Shown one piece after another: positions 9,302 to 19,370 of a stretch of 64,000 nucleotides of DNA. Within the stretch, counting starts at the first letter, position 1. Every line of letters starts with the position of its first letter. Location of the stretch: positions 45,268 through 109,267 of the forward strand of contig CAVQRT010000008.1 of NCBI GenBank assembly GCA_963715195.1, given 5' to 3'. The notes beneath the pieces were generated by a model. It ran no database searches. It worked only from the letters and a program-made list of their open reading frames with translations, and was not told the DNA's origin. Source of the DNA: Thermodesulfovibrionales bacterium (GTDB lineage: Bacteria; Nitrospirota; Thermodesulfovibrionia; Thermodesulfovibrionales; SM23-35). Both the position numbers and the translations under genes were made by a program.

Positions 9302-10002
9302 ATTATCAAAGTCTCTTGTCTAGTTTTTTTTCTCTTGTGAAAGGGAAAAGACTATGCTTTTATTCAGTGATTGGCTGTATGTTTTTTCTGTTCGGTCTCT
9401 TTCTGCAACCGGCTGACGCCCATAAAGTGAATATTTTTGCGTATGCGCAGGGCGGAAAAATTTATGCTGAAGGCTATTTTGTCGATGGTACAAAGTGTAA
9501 AAACTCTGTCATTGAGGTCGTTGACGGCAACACAGGTGAACAGTTGCTCGAGGGAAAAACCGACGACAACGGACAGATGTCGTTCCCGATTCCACGGGTG
9601 ACTGCATTAAAACTTATTTTGCACGCGGGGGCGGGACATCAGAATGATTATATGCTGACGGAAGAGGAAGTCAGGGATGCGATGCCGGCGGTTAAAAAAC
9701 AGGCGGAAAGGCGAAATGAACAGAAAAAGAAGGCAGTGCCTGAGCAGAAACAGACAAAGCGCGAGCAGGTAGCAAGGGTTGAGAATACGATATATCCACC
9801 AGTTTCGTCTGGGGAGCTTGAGACTGTGGTCGAGAAGGTTGTTGACAGTAAACTCCAGCCTGTCCTGAAGATACTTTTGGAGCTTCAAGAGAAAAGCGGA
9901 AAGCCAGGGGTAACCGAAATTCTGGGTGGTATCGGATATATAATAGGCATATTGGGTATTATTGCGTATTACAAGGGAAGGAGAACGAACAGCAAACTCT
10001 GA
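9298..10002 (+). CDS. CbiL/NikL-like accessory component
   Basis: AHKVNIFAY after a signal peptide, AGAGH, C-terminal TM with GGIGYIIG; between cbiM and cbiQ. Confidence 0.7.
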   Translation: MNYQSLLSSFFSLVKGKRLCFYSVIGCMFFLFGLFLQPADAHKVNIFAYAQGGKIYAEGYFVDGTKCKNSVIEVVDGNTGEQLLEGKTDDNGQMSFPIPRVTALKLILHAGAGHQNDYMLTEEEVRDAMPAVKKQAERRNEQKKKAVPEQKQTKREQVARVENTIYPPVSSGELETVVEKVVDSKLQPVLKILLELQEKSGKPGVTEILGGIGYIIGILGIIAYYKGRRTNSKL

Positions 10003-10082
10003 CCTGCCTTACTCGTAACTGTTATATCTGATGGTAGATACTGTATCTTCAGTCTATCAAGTCAATCTATATTTCAAGAACT

Positions 10083-10838
10083 ATGCATCTTGAGGAATTC
10101 GCAGAAGGAACATCATTGTTTCACCGTCTTGACCCGCGGGTGAAATTCATTACATTCATACCGTATGTTCTTGTCATCGCTGTCATGGAGGGAATTGCCC
10201 ACCCGGCTCTTGCGCTGATTATTTCCTCATGCATGATTGTCATGACGCGGATTGATATGCGTAAATTGTTGAACAGGCTTGCTGCGGTGAATATTTTTAT
10301 CCTGTTGCTTTGGCTCTTTCTGCCATTCAGCTATCCCGGACATGAGGCGTTTCGCATAGGCCCCTTAACAGCAACGCGCGAGGGTCTGCTCTTTTCCCTT
10401 ACTATTGGGCTTAAGGCAAACGCAATTGTCCTTGCAACGATTGCCATGCTCGGAACATCAGAAGTATTCTCCCTTGCTCATGCGCTCGTTCACCTGAAAG
10501 TGCCGAATAAGCTCGTGCATCTCTTTTTTTTCTTTTACCGGTATATTAGTGTGCTGCATGATGAGTACACAACGTTAAAGCGGGCGATACATATACGGGC
10601 ATTCAGACCGGGGACAAACATGCATACCTATAAAACATATGCGTATCTTGTGGGAATGCTTATTGTGAGGAGTTATGATCATTCTCAGAGGATCTATCAG
10701 GCGATGCTCTGCAGGGGCTTCACCGGACGCTTCCCGATCATCATGCATTTTCATATGCACATGCGGGACTACCTCTTCAGCATCTGCATGTTCTGCATAA
10801 CAATTGGTATGATAGTGCTTTCATACAACGCGAAATAA
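10083..10838 (+). CDS. cbiQ: ECF transporter T component
   Basis: LDPRVK, YRYI and C-terminal CRGF motifs. Confidence 0.9.
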   Translation: MHLEEFAEGTSLFHRLDPRVKFITFIPYVLVIAVMEGIAHPALALIISSCMIVMTRIDMRKLLNRLAAVNIFILLLWLFLPFSYPGHEAFRIGPLTATREGLLFSLTIGLKANAIVLATIAMLGTSEVFSLAHALVHLKVPNKLVHLFFFFYRYISVLHDEYTTLKRAIHIRAFRPGTNMHTYKTYAYLVGMLIVRSYDHSQRIYQAMLCRGFTGRFPIIMHFHMHMRDYLFSICMFCITIGMIVLSYNAK

Positions 10839-10842
10839 CTGT

Positions 10843-11490
10843 ATGCTGAATATTCAAGATCTTCATTTCGGATATCAGAACGGGAAAGAGGTTTTCCAGG
10901 GGCTCAATTTTACCCTGAACAAGAAGGAGCGGATAGGCCTCGTCGGCCCGAATGGCGCTGGAAAGACCACATTGTTTCATCTGATTATGGGGTTGCAAAG
11001 GCCCTCATCAGGAAGCATAGAAATATTTGATAAGATCAGGGAAACTGAGGGTGATTTTGAGGAAGTAAGAAAGCGCATCGGGTTCCTGTTCCAGGAATCG
11101 GATGACCAGCTTTTCTGTCCAACGGTTGAGGAGGATATCGCATTCGGTCCGCTCAATCTCGGGAAATCGCATGATGAAGCCCGTCTGATCGTGAAAGAAA
11201 CCTGTGAGAAATTAGGATTAAGCGGCTATGAGAAAAGAATAACCCACCGCCTCTCGGGAGGAGAAAAAAGACTCGTTGCTCTCGCAACAGTAGTAGCAAT
11301 GCATCCTGAGTGCTATCTCCTCGACGAACCGACAGCCGGACTTGATGATGCAACCACGAAGAGGTTTCTGGACTATCTCGCTCATTATACGGACACCTAT
11401 ATCATTATTACGCACAACCATTCCTTGCTTAAAGATACTGCTGATAAAGTCTATGCGTTGAATAACGGCTCATTGAGGCTTCTGGACTGA
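10843..11490 (+). CDS. cbiO: ECF transporter ATPase
   Basis: GPNGAGKT, DQLFCPTVEEDIAFGP, LSGGEKR. Confidence 0.9.
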   Translation: MLNIQDLHFGYQNGKEVFQGLNFTLNKKERIGLVGPNGAGKTTLFHLIMGLQRPSSGSIEIFDKIRETEGDFEEVRKRIGFLFQESDDQLFCPTVEEDIAFGPLNLGKSHDEARLIVKETCEKLGLSGYEKRITHRLSGGEKRLVALATVVAMHPECYLLDEPTAGLDDATTKRFLDYLAHYTDTYIIITHNHSLLKDTADKVYALNNGSLRLLD

Positions 11491-11525
11491 TAAGCGAAGT
11501 GTCATCCCTGCAGTATTCCCCGGCA

Positions 11526-12137
11526 TCAAAACGGCAATTCAAGTGACATCACCCTGAAGAAACTCTTCCGGTGAATCGGGCAGGGCCCGAAGCGTTGCAG
11601 CATATCGAGGTGTTCCTTTGTTGCATATCCCTTATGCTTCCCGAAATTATACACAGGATATTGGTCGTGGTACTCCAGCATGATCTTGTCTCTCGTACAT
11701 TTTGCGATGATCGAAGCAGCAGCTACAGAAGCGCTTACGCTCTCAGCTTTTACCGGTGAACGCTGCTGTATCGAGACGGACGGGAGGGATAATGCATCGA
11801 TGATGAGTATATCAGGTATGGCGGAGAGTTTTGCAAGAGCCATCTCCATAGACTGCCTTGTGGCTCTCAGGATATTCAGCCGGTCGATATCTTCAGGGCC
11901 GACAATACCGATGCCTATGGCCTCTGAAGCATCCTGAATGAGGGAGAAAAGGGATTTTCGCTCATCTTCCGGAACCTTTTTCGAATCCCGCAGACCGGCA
12001 ATCGTAATGCCTTTCTTCAGCACAACTGCGGCTGCAACGACAGGACCAGCCAGGGGGCCCCTTCCGGCTTCATCGATACCAGCGACCCGGAGGTATCCCT
12101 GCATTCTCAGGGATTGATCATACTGGTAGATGTCCAT
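11526..12137 (-). CDS. rnhB: Ribonuclease HII
   Basis: GIDEAGRGPLAGPV, DSKK, AASIIAK, HRKSF. Confidence 0.97.
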   Translation of the reverse strand: MDIYQYDQSLRMQGYLRVAGIDEAGRGPLAGPVVAAAVVLKKGITIAGLRDSKKVPEDERKSLFSLIQDASEAIGIGIVGPEDIDRLNILRATRQSMEMALAKLSAIPDILIIDALSLPSVSIQQRSPVKAESVSASVAAASIIAKCTRDKIMLEYHDQYPVYNFGKHKGYATKEHLDMLQRFGPCPIHRKSFFRVMSLELPF

Positions 12138-12167
12138 GGGAAGACACCGTGCTGCTCTTCTGAATGG

Positions 12168-12569
12168 CTATTCGCTCGTTTCGGGAGCGGCTGCCTGAGC
12201 TTCGGCAGGTTTTGCAACTAATATCCGTTCCCGCTCTTTTTCCTTTATTTTCGCTGCCTTACCTTTTTTACCCCTGAGATAGTAGAGCTTCGCCCTCCTG
12301 ACATCACCCCTTTTGAGAACCTCAATCTTGTCAATCGACGGCGAAAAGAGCGGAAAGATTCTCTCGATGCCGATCCCGAATGATATCTTTCGCACGGTAA
12401 AGGTCTCCCTTGTGCCCCCTCCGCGCCTGGCAATGACCACACCTTCGAAGGGCTGAATCCTCTCCTTGTCACCCTCGATAACCTTGACAGAAACTCTCAC
12501 TGTATCACCAATCTGAAAGTTTGTCATCTCTTTTTTAAAACCTTCTTCGACAGCCTGCATCAAACTCAT
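12168..12569 (-). CDS. rplS: 50S ribosomal protein L19
   Basis: [23 protein letters not shown]. Confidence 0.98.
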   Translation of the reverse strand: MSLMQAVEEGFKKEMTNFQIGDTVRVSVKVIEGDKERIQPFEGVVIARRGGGTRETFTVRKISFGIGIERIFPLFSPSIDKIEVLKRGDVRRAKLYYLRGKKGKAAKIKEKERERILVAKPAEAQAAAPETSE

Positions 12570-13303
12570 GCTGATTCCTCCTTTATTTCTCTCATCAACC
12601 CCAGGTCCTCTTCACTGAGAGGAGCTTTCTCAAGAAGCTCAGGTCTCTGCCTTAACGTGCGGAGAAGAGCCTGCTTCCGCCTCCATCGCAGGATATCTTT
12701 GTGATTTCCGGATAATAAAATCTCCGGTACTGCCAGCCCTCTGAACTCAGGGGGCCTTGTATAGTGGGGATAGTCGAGTATTCCCCATGAGAAGGATTCT
12801 ATTTCGGCAGAATGCTCATCGCCGAGAACACCGGGTACCAATCTGGCAACGGCATCTATTATAACCAAAGCAGGCAATTCTCCGCCAGTCAGTACATAAT
12901 CGCCGATCGAAATTTCGTCATCTGTCAGGGCGATCCGAACTCTTTCATCGACGGCTTCATATCTTCCGCATAAAAAAACGAGCCGCCTGGTTTCCCGGGA
13001 AAGTTCTTCCGCCAGGTGCTGATCAAATTTTCTGCCCGCCGGACTCAGCATGAGAACTCTACGCTGAGACCTATCAGGACAGATTGCCTCAAGAGCTGAA
13101 AAGAACGGCTCCGGTTTCATTACCATGCCGGAACCTCCCCCGTAGGGATAGTCATCAACGGTCCTGTGTTTGTCTGCTGTGTATTCCCGCAGATGGTGAA
13201 TGTCCACCTGAATAAAGCCATTCTGAATAGCCCTTCTGAGAATCCCCTCACCGAGGTATGCGTGAAAAATATCCGGGAAGATCGTCAGAATGTCACATTT
13301 CAT
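12566..13303 (-). CDS. trmD: tRNA (guanine37-N1)-methyltransferase
   Basis: [34 protein letters not shown]. Confidence 0.98.
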   Translation of the reverse strand: MKCDILTIFPDIFHAYLGEGILRRAIQNGFIQVDIHHLREYTADKHRTVDDYPYGGGSGMVMKPEPFFSALEAICPDRSQRRVLMLSPAGRKFDQHLAEELSRETRRLVFLCGRYEAVDERVRIALTDDEISIGDYVLTGGELPALVIIDAVARLVPGVLGDEHSAEIESFSWGILDYPHYTRPPEFRGLAVPEILLSGNHKDILRWRRKQALLRTLRQRPELLEKAPLSEEDLGLMREIKEESA

Positions 13304-13342
13304 TTTTTCATCGGATCTGGTTGCGAACTGGTGCCAATAATT

Positions 13343-13390
13343 AAGGGGTACAAGGAATGTCGTGTTTCCTTCTACCCCTTTTTATTTTTA
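13343..13390. repeat. Hairpin between khpA and trmD
   Basis: AAGGGGTA-C-AAGGAA...TTCCTT-C-TACCCCTT followed by a T-rich run on the + strand. Confidence 0.6.
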
Positions 13391-13437
13391 TAAAAAGGCG
13401 GGACATGCATGCATCCCGCGCAAGGAGCACAGTTACA

Positions 13438-13668
13438 TTATTCCAGAATTTCGAGCACGCAGCGCTTGCCGATTTTTGTCCCTGATGCACTCAGAATCGT
13501 TCTCATTGCCCGTGCTGTTTTTCCCTGCTTGCCGATAACCTTACCAAGATCACTCGGTGCCACTCTCAGCTCAAACACCGTGGTTTTTTCGCCGTCAACC
13601 TCTGCAACGTTCACCTCTTCAGGCCTGTCTACCAAAGCCTTCGCCATCTTTTCTACTAACTCTTTCAT
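13438..13668 (-). CDS. khpA: KH-domain RNA-binding protein
   Basis: [11 protein letters not shown]; conserved position after rpsP. Confidence 0.93.
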   Translation of the reverse strand: MKELVEKMAKALVDRPEEVNVAEVDGEKTTVFELRVAPSDLGKVIGKQGKTARAMRTILSASGTKIGKRCVLEILE

Positions 13669-13700
13669 GATTGTCCACCTCCATACGAGTTTTGGACTGC

Positions 13701-13937
13701 TTACATGCCAGCCCTTTGCATAAGCTTTTTAACGATAGTGGTAGGTTGTGCTCCTTTTTGGATCCATTGTTTTGCCTTTTCCTGATCGAGCTTCACTTCG
13801 GAAGGGTCTTTCAGGGGATCGTATGTCCCGAGTATTTCAATAAAGGGCCCGTTCCTTCTTGCCCTCGAATCAGCAACAACAACCCTGTAGAAAGGTCTCT
13901 TATGTGCTCCCAACCGTACTAATCTGATTTTGACCAA
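13701..13937 (-). CDS. rpsP: 30S ribosomal protein S16
   Basis: [22 protein letters not shown] start with an AGGAGG SD. Confidence 0.98.
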   Translation of the reverse strand: MVKIRLVRLGAHKRPFYRVVVADSRARRNGPFIEILGTYDPLKDPSEVKLDQEKAKQWIQKGAQPTTIVKKLMQRAGM

Positions 13938-14043
13938 GCCATCACCTCCTTAAAAGTCAATAATTGTAATATATTCCCAGGAATAAAGTAAAGCTCAGCA
14001 GGTGTTTGATTTTTAAGGAGAATTTCCGTTATTATCAACAGGT

Positions 14044-15243
14044 ATGGATGTCAAAAAAATGTTTGATGAATCAGCCCGCTATCTTATGAATACCTATACA
14101 AGGTTCCCCGTACTTCTCAGGAAAGGGCGCGGAATGAAGGTATGGAGTTCCGACGGCAAGGAATACCTCGATTTTGTCGGAGGAGTTGCAGTAAACATTC
14201 TCGGGCACTGTCATCCCCGTGTCGTGGTCGCAATACAGAAACAGGCACAGCGGCTGATTCATGTTTCAAATTATTATCACATAGAGCCTCAGATAAAACT
14301 TGCAAAACTGCTCGTTGAAAATTCCTTTGCCGATAAAGTCTTCTTCTGCAATTCAGGCGCTGAAGCAATGGAGGCGGCGATCAAACTCGCACGCAAATAT
14401 GGAAAGGAACACATTGATCCCGGCCGGTTCGAGATCATAGCAGCGAACAATTCGTTCCACGGAAGAACAATCGCGGCAATCACGGCTTCCGGTCAGGAAA
14501 AACTTCAGAGAGGATTTGAGCCCTTAGTGCCGGGGTTCAGACACGTTCCCTTCAACAATATACAGGCTCTGCGTGATGCGGTAACCGGGAATACCTGTGC
14601 CATCCTGCTCGAACCGATTCAGGGAGAAGGGGGTGTGAGGATTCCCGAAGAGGATTATCTCAAAGCGGTGAGGGACCTCTGTAATGAGCATAACATCCTG
14701 CTTATCCTCGACGAGGTACAAACGGGAATGGGCAGGACCGGAAAACTCTTTGCGCACGAACATTTCGGGATTACGCCGGATATTATGGCTATGGCGAAAG
14801 GTCTCGGCGGCGGTGTTCCAATCGGGGCAATGCTCGCGACAGACAAAGTGGCCGCCGGATTTCAACCGGGCAACCATGCTTCGACCTTTGGGGGCAACCC
14901 TCTTGTCTGCGCGGCTGGCGTGGCAACCCTCGAGACACTTCTTGAAGACGGATTCATTCTCGATCAATGCAACAGGATGAGCGTATATTTTGTCAAGAGA
15001 CTCGAAAAGCTGAAGACAAAATTCCCTTCAGTGGTAAAAGAAATACGGGGGAAAGGTTTGCTGCTCGGCATGGAACTCACGACAGAGGGAGAACCGATAG
15101 TACGGGCCTGTCTCGAAAAGGGACTCCTGATAAACTGCACTGCCGGGAACGTGCTCAGGTTTATTCCGGCATTGATCGTACAGCGAAAGGATATTGATCA
15201 GCTGATCGACGCCCTGCAGGGGATTTTATCGAGGTTGTCATAG
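14044..15243 (+). CDS. argD: Acetylornithine aminotransferase
   Basis: CNSGAEA, SFHGRT, DEVQTG, AKGLGGG, STFGGNP; next to argF. Confidence 0.95.
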   Translation: MDVKKMFDESARYLMNTYTRFPVLLRKGRGMKVWSSDGKEYLDFVGGVAVNILGHCHPRVVVAIQKQAQRLIHVSNYYHIEPQIKLAKLLVENSFADKVFFCNSGAEAMEAAIKLARKYGKEHIDPGRFEIIAANNSFHGRTIAAITASGQEKLQRGFEPLVPGFRHVPFNNIQALRDAVTGNTCAILLEPIQGEGGVRIPEEDYLKAVRDLCNEHNILLILDEVQTGMGRTGKLFAHEHFGITPDIMAMAKGLGGGVPIGAMLATDKVAAGFQPGNHASTFGGNPLVCAAGVATLETLLEDGFILDQCNRMSVYFVKRLEKLKTKFPSVVKEIRGKGLLLGMELTTEGEPIVRACLEKGLLINCTAGNVLRFIPALIVQRKDIDQLIDALQGILSRLS

Positions 15244-15274
15244 GGAACTGACCTTCATCAATGCAAAAAAAGCA

Positions 15275-16195
15275 ATGAAAAGAGACTTTTTGACCGTATC
15301 GGAATTGTCCTCGAAAGAGATTGCCCGTCTCCTGAAAAGAGCCATGGCGTTCAAGTCGGGAAAAGATGCGCACGCATGCCCGCTCATTGGGAAAAGCATC
15401 GGCCTGATATTTGAAAAGGCATCAACCCGTACGAGGGTTTCATTCGAAGTCGGCATTTATCAGCTTGGGGCACAGAGTATCTATTTGACCCCGAAAGAGA
15501 TACAGATTGGCAGAGGAGAAACCGTCCACGATACAGCAAAGGTCCTCTCACGGTATCTTGATGCAATTGTCATGAGAACGTTCAGCCATGATACCATAAC
15601 AGAATTCGCATCGCATGCTTCAATTCCGGTTATCAACGGCCTCAGTGATCTGCACCATCCCTGCCAGGCACTTGCTGATGTAATGACCATTATCGAGAAG
15701 AAAGGGCGTCTGAACGGTATCCGTCTTGCGTATGTGGGAGACGGGAACAACGTTGCAAATTCCCTGATCGAAGCTGCATCAATCACGGGAGTGAGCCTCA
15801 CCATTGCTTGTCCCGGAGGATATGAACCGACTGTTGAGATTCTCCGTCGGGCACGGTCATTGTCAAAACATGAGATCACGATTGTACGGGATCCGAAGGA
15901 GGCGGTCTCCGGAGCAGATGCGGTCTATACGGATGTCTGGGTGAGCATGGGGCAGGAAAAGGAGGCATTGCAAAGGAAAAAGAAATTCAGGAAGTATCAG
16001 TTGAACAGGGCGCTCCTCTCGCATGCCCGTGCAGATGCGATTGTGCTCCATTGCCTCCCTGCGCACAGAGGCGAGGAAATTACGGACGATGTCATGGACG
16101 GCCGGCAGAGTGTTGTTTATGACCAGGCGGAAAACAGGCTGCATACCCAGAAGGCGTTATTGGAATTTCTGCTGGCGAATGAAGATTCTTCATAA
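15275..16195 (+). CDS. argF: Ornithine carbamoyltransferase
   Basis: STRT, HPCQ, SMG, HCLP. Confidence 0.97.
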   Translation: MKRDFLTVSELSSKEIARLLKRAMAFKSGKDAHACPLIGKSIGLIFEKASTRTRVSFEVGIYQLGAQSIYLTPKEIQIGRGETVHDTAKVLSRYLDAIVMRTFSHDTITEFASHASIPVINGLSDLHHPCQALADVMTIIEKKGRLNGIRLAYVGDGNNVANSLIEAASITGVSLTIACPGGYEPTVEILRRARSLSKHEITIVRDPKEAVSGADAVYTDVWVSMGQEKEALQRKKKFRKYQLNRALLSHARADAIVLHCLPAHRGEEITDDVMDGRQSVVYDQAENRLHTQKALLEFLLANEDSS

Positions 16196-17063
16196 ACTTC
16201 TTCCAGAAATCTTTTCACTCTTTGTAATACTCCCTGTCATTGCCATATTTTTCTTCATATTTCCTGCGGACGATCTTGATGCAAAAACCCTCCGTTTCGA
16301 AATATCTCCAGACACAATCAATCAGGGTGATGCATTCGTGATCAGAGTGACAGGGGTAAAAAATCCGTTTGCACCAACCGCAACAATGGCAAAAAATAAA
16401 ATCCCTTTCAGCAGATGCGGGGAGGGATGCTTTCATGGTATCGGAGCAGTAGGCATCGATACAAAACCCGGCGCCTATCTGGTGAAGGTCAGGGTAGGAA
16501 AAGCGAGAAAAAATATCAGGTTAACCGTCAGGAAAGGCGCTTTTCAGACAGTAACGATGACGCTTCCCCAGGAACAGGTCACTTTGAGCCCGGCTGATCT
16601 GAAGCTGGTAAAAGTGGAGAACAAACATCTCAAAGCGCTCTTCCTGGCAACGTCAGAAAGGCAGTGGGAGGGTAAGTTTCTGATCCCTGTCCAAAATGAA
16701 ATATCCACGCCTTTTGGAATGAACCGTATTATGAACAAGACGTGGACGAGCATTCACCGCGGAGTGGATATCAGAGGTGCAGAAGGGGAGGGCGTGAGGG
16801 CTTCAAATAACGGTAAAGTCGTCTTGGCCCAGGGGCTGTTCTTTGGAGGGAATACGATCGTCCTTGATCATGGGCAGGGGATCCATACTGTCTATATGCA
16901 CCTGTCGCACATGAAGGTTCGTTGCGGGGATACGGTCTCAAAGGGTGATATCATAGGACTCATCGGTTCTACCGGTCGATCAACCGGGCCGCATCTGCAT
17001 TTTGGTGTCAAGATATCGAATGTATCCGTTAATCCCCTGTCGGTCCTGAGTTTGGACTTGTAA
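16179..17063 (+). CDS. M23 family metallopeptidase
   Basis: HRGVD, STGPHLH; likely start ATG at 16179 followed by a TM/signal segment. Confidence 0.9.
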   Translation: MKILHKLLPEIFSLFVILPVIAIFFFIFPADDLDAKTLRFEISPDTINQGDAFVIRVTGVKNPFAPTATMAKNKIPFSRCGEGCFHGIGAVGIDTKPGAYLVKVRVGKARKNIRLTVRKGAFQTVTMTLPQEQVTLSPADLKLVKVENKHLKALFLATSERQWEGKFLIPVQNEISTPFGMNRIMNKTWTSIHRGVDIRGAEGEGVRASNNGKVVLAQGLFFGGNTIVLDHGQGIHTVYMHLSHMKVRCGDTVSKGDIIGLIGSTGRSTGPHLHFGVKISNVSVNPLSVLSLDL

Positions 17064-17104
17064 ACGGTGGAACAATGAAGCACCTCCATTTCCCGGATGC
17101 TTAT

Positions 17105-17196
17105 AATCTCTCATGACCTCTCTTTAGAAAAGAGGGGAAATATTACTGTTTTCCTCCATGTGATTGCCCTTTTCTAAAGGGGGATTGAGGGGGATT
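17105..17196. repeat. Intergenic inverted repeat of a second REP-like family
   Basis: AATCTCTCATGACCTCTCTTTAGAAAAGAGGGG and CCCTTTTCTAAAGGGGGATTGAGGGGGATT; the core CTTTAGAAAAG is perfectly inverted. Confidence 0.65.
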
Positions 17197-17315
17197 CCTG
17201 GTTAAAGGTATTGAGATTACAAAATTTTCTTATGGATATAAGTATCGTCACAAGGGTGCCCCTTTTTTTCGTGTGTATTTTGTGATATGGTATACCATAT
17301 TTTCGTGAAAGGAAG

Positions 17316-17465
17316 ATGAGGATCATGAAGCTCAAAATCGTGGCCGTGATTCTGCTCCTGTTGATATGCGGTAGTTGCGCGTCATATCAGTACCAACCTG
17401 AATCCTGTTTCCCGTATGCAGAATACAGATCCTACCGCGGGCCTTTCTGTTCTCCGTCACCATGA
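17316..17465 (+). CDS. Small (49 aa) putative lipoprotein, absent from the ORF track
   Basis: MRIMKLKIVAVILLLLICGSC-ASYQYQPESCFPY...; purine-rich SD upstream. Confidence 0.55.
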   Translation: MRIMKLKIVAVILLLLICGSCASYQYQPESCFPYAEYRSYRGPFCSPSP

Positions 17466-17517
17466 ACGTATTTTCAACGGAGGGTGAGTTCATACATGAA
17501 AATATTCTGTTACTTAA

Positions 17518-17617
17518 TCATTCCGGCTTGACCGGAATCTTTTCCATGGCTTCTCAGAAGGATTCCCGCAATCTCTGACAAGCGGAGACAGGCTCTGCTT
17601 CGCTTGTCAGAATGACA
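17518..17617. repeat. GTCAT-tagged repeat dimer, degenerate (copy B)
   Basis: TCATTCCGGCTTGACCGGAATC ... GGATTCCCGC...GCTTGTCAGAATGACA. Confidence 0.65.
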
Positions 17618-17695
17618 GTCCTCTGAGTTGCTTGGGTAGCTTATGAACAGGCACTCAAGAAAGGTATCAAAGACTGTAGTTTCGTATCATAAGAC

Positions 17696-19357
17696 ATGAA
17701 AAAAGCAAAACGATTTGAGCTCATTTCTTTGTTCGTGTCAATTTTAGCCATCCTCTTTGCTCTCTCTTCCCAGGCGTTTGCTGAAGAAGTTGTTGAGGTA
17801 GTCGTCAAAAAGGGAGACTGTCTTATCAAAATCGTGGAAGAGTATCTTGAAGACCCGCACCAGTGGAAGGAAGTTGCCCGTATCAATCGTTTGAAGAATC
17901 CAGATCTTATTTATCCTGACCAAATCCTTATCATACCGGTCGGACTTCTTCGCGGCATCCCCGTCGACGGTGTGGTCGCATTTGTCCAGGGAGATGTCAT
18001 GATACAGGCAAAAGGCACTGAAGAATGGAACCCTCTCCGTCTTCACGACCGGGTCAAAGAAGGAAGCAAAATCAAAACAGGTGATAAGTGTGCCATCGAA
18101 ATCGTTTTTAGTGACGGATTCTCCTGCTTCCAGAAGTCAAATACCGTTGCTGGGTTCTTGAAAGTCAGAAAAAAAGGCGATGCACACGAAGAGAGACTGT
18201 CTCTTCAAAAAGGCAGGATAATAACAAGAATCCTGAAGGCTACGGGGAGGGAATCACGGTTCGAGATTCAAACACCCTCCGCGGTCTGTGCAGCGAGAGG
18301 CACGATTTTCAGAACCTCTGTTGATTCGGGTGGTGATACGCGGTCTGAGGTACTGGAGGGGAAAACCGAGGTTATTGCTATGATGCAGAAAGAAATGGTT
18401 TCCGGGGGTGAAGGTACCCTTGTCCGAAAAGGGGAACCTCCGTTAAAACCGAGAAAGCTGTTGCCGCCGCCAAACGTTAAACAGGGCGAGAAGGTTTTCA
18501 ACAAACTGCCTCTTCTTTTGAGGTTTGATCCGGTTGAAGGAACCATTTCTTACAGAGTTTTATTGACGAAGGACACACATGGGAAAGAAATTATATATGA
18601 GAACATCATGAAACCTGATGAACATGTCGAAATTCGGGGTTTGGATGACGGCATCTATTTTCTCCATGCACTCAGTGTCGATGAAATCGGACTGGAAGGT
18701 CTGCCCTCGGAACCTGAAGAGATTCGCCTCAGAGTGAATCCTGTGCCGCCTTTCGTCAGTCTGCCTGTAAGCAATGCTGAGTACAGGGAGAAATCACTGC
18801 AATGCAATTGGCTGTCGGTCAAGGACGCGGTTGCCTATCAGATTCAGATTGCTCAGGATAATGCATTTCATCAGATAATCGATGAGAGTTCTGTTCCTGG
18901 GCCTGCCTATGATACACGGGAACTTGATTATGGTAGTTATTATTTCAGGGTTCGGTCAGTTGCTGAGGACGGATATGAGGGTGCATGGTCAGATTCCATT
19001 CCCTTTACTGTAGTTCCCCCTCCGCCGGCACCCCCTGTAGAACCACCTAAGCTGGATAAACAGGAGATGCATATACGATGGCAGGATCTTGGGCAGGGGG
19101 TAACTTATCATTTCCAGATGGCCCGCGAACAAGATTTCTCAGGGGTGATAATCGACAAGAGACTGGAGAAGCCGGAGATCGTGATCCAGAGACCTGATGA
19201 TCCGGGAGTATATTATATCCATGTGAGCACGATTGACGCTAAAGGATATGAAGGGAGGTTCTCAAAACCCCAGACTTTTACCATAAGAAAGGGCTCCCTC
19301 ACCTTGTTTCTCGGGGTCGTCGCTGCCTTAGGACTGATATTCTCTCTTTTGCCCTGA
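17696..19357 (+). CDS. LysM + FecR-like + fibronectin-III-like membrane-anchored protein
   Basis: VKKGDCL...NPDLIYP (LysM), FEIQTPSAVCAARGT (FecR), three beta-sandwich repeats, C-terminal TM. Confidence 0.8.
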   Translation: MKKAKRFELISLFVSILAILFALSSQAFAEEVVEVVVKKGDCLIKIVEEYLEDPHQWKEVARINRLKNPDLIYPDQILIIPVGLLRGIPVDGVVAFVQGDVMIQAKGTEEWNPLRLHDRVKEGSKIKTGDKCAIEIVFSDGFSCFQKSNTVAGFLKVRKKGDAHEERLSLQKGRIITRILKATGRESRFEIQTPSAVCAARGTIFRTSVDSGGDTRSEVLEGKTEVIAMMQKEMVSGGEGTLVRKGEPPLKPRKLLPPPNVKQGEKVFNKLPLLLRFDPVEGTISYRVLLTKDTHGKEIIYENIMKPDEHVEIRGLDDGIYFLHALSVDEIGLEGLPSEPEEIRLRVNPVPPFVSLPVSNAEYREKSLQCNWLSVKDAVAYQIQIAQDNAFHQIIDESSVPGPAYDTRELDYGSYYFRVRSVAEDGYEGAWSDSIPFTVVPPPPAPPVEPPKLDKQEMHIRWQDLGQGVTYHFQMAREQDFSGVIIDKRLEKPEIVIQRPDDPGVYYIHVSTIDAKGYEGRFSKPQTFTIRKGSLTLFLGVVAALGLIFSLLP

Positions 19358-19370
19358 AAGCCGCTCCATT

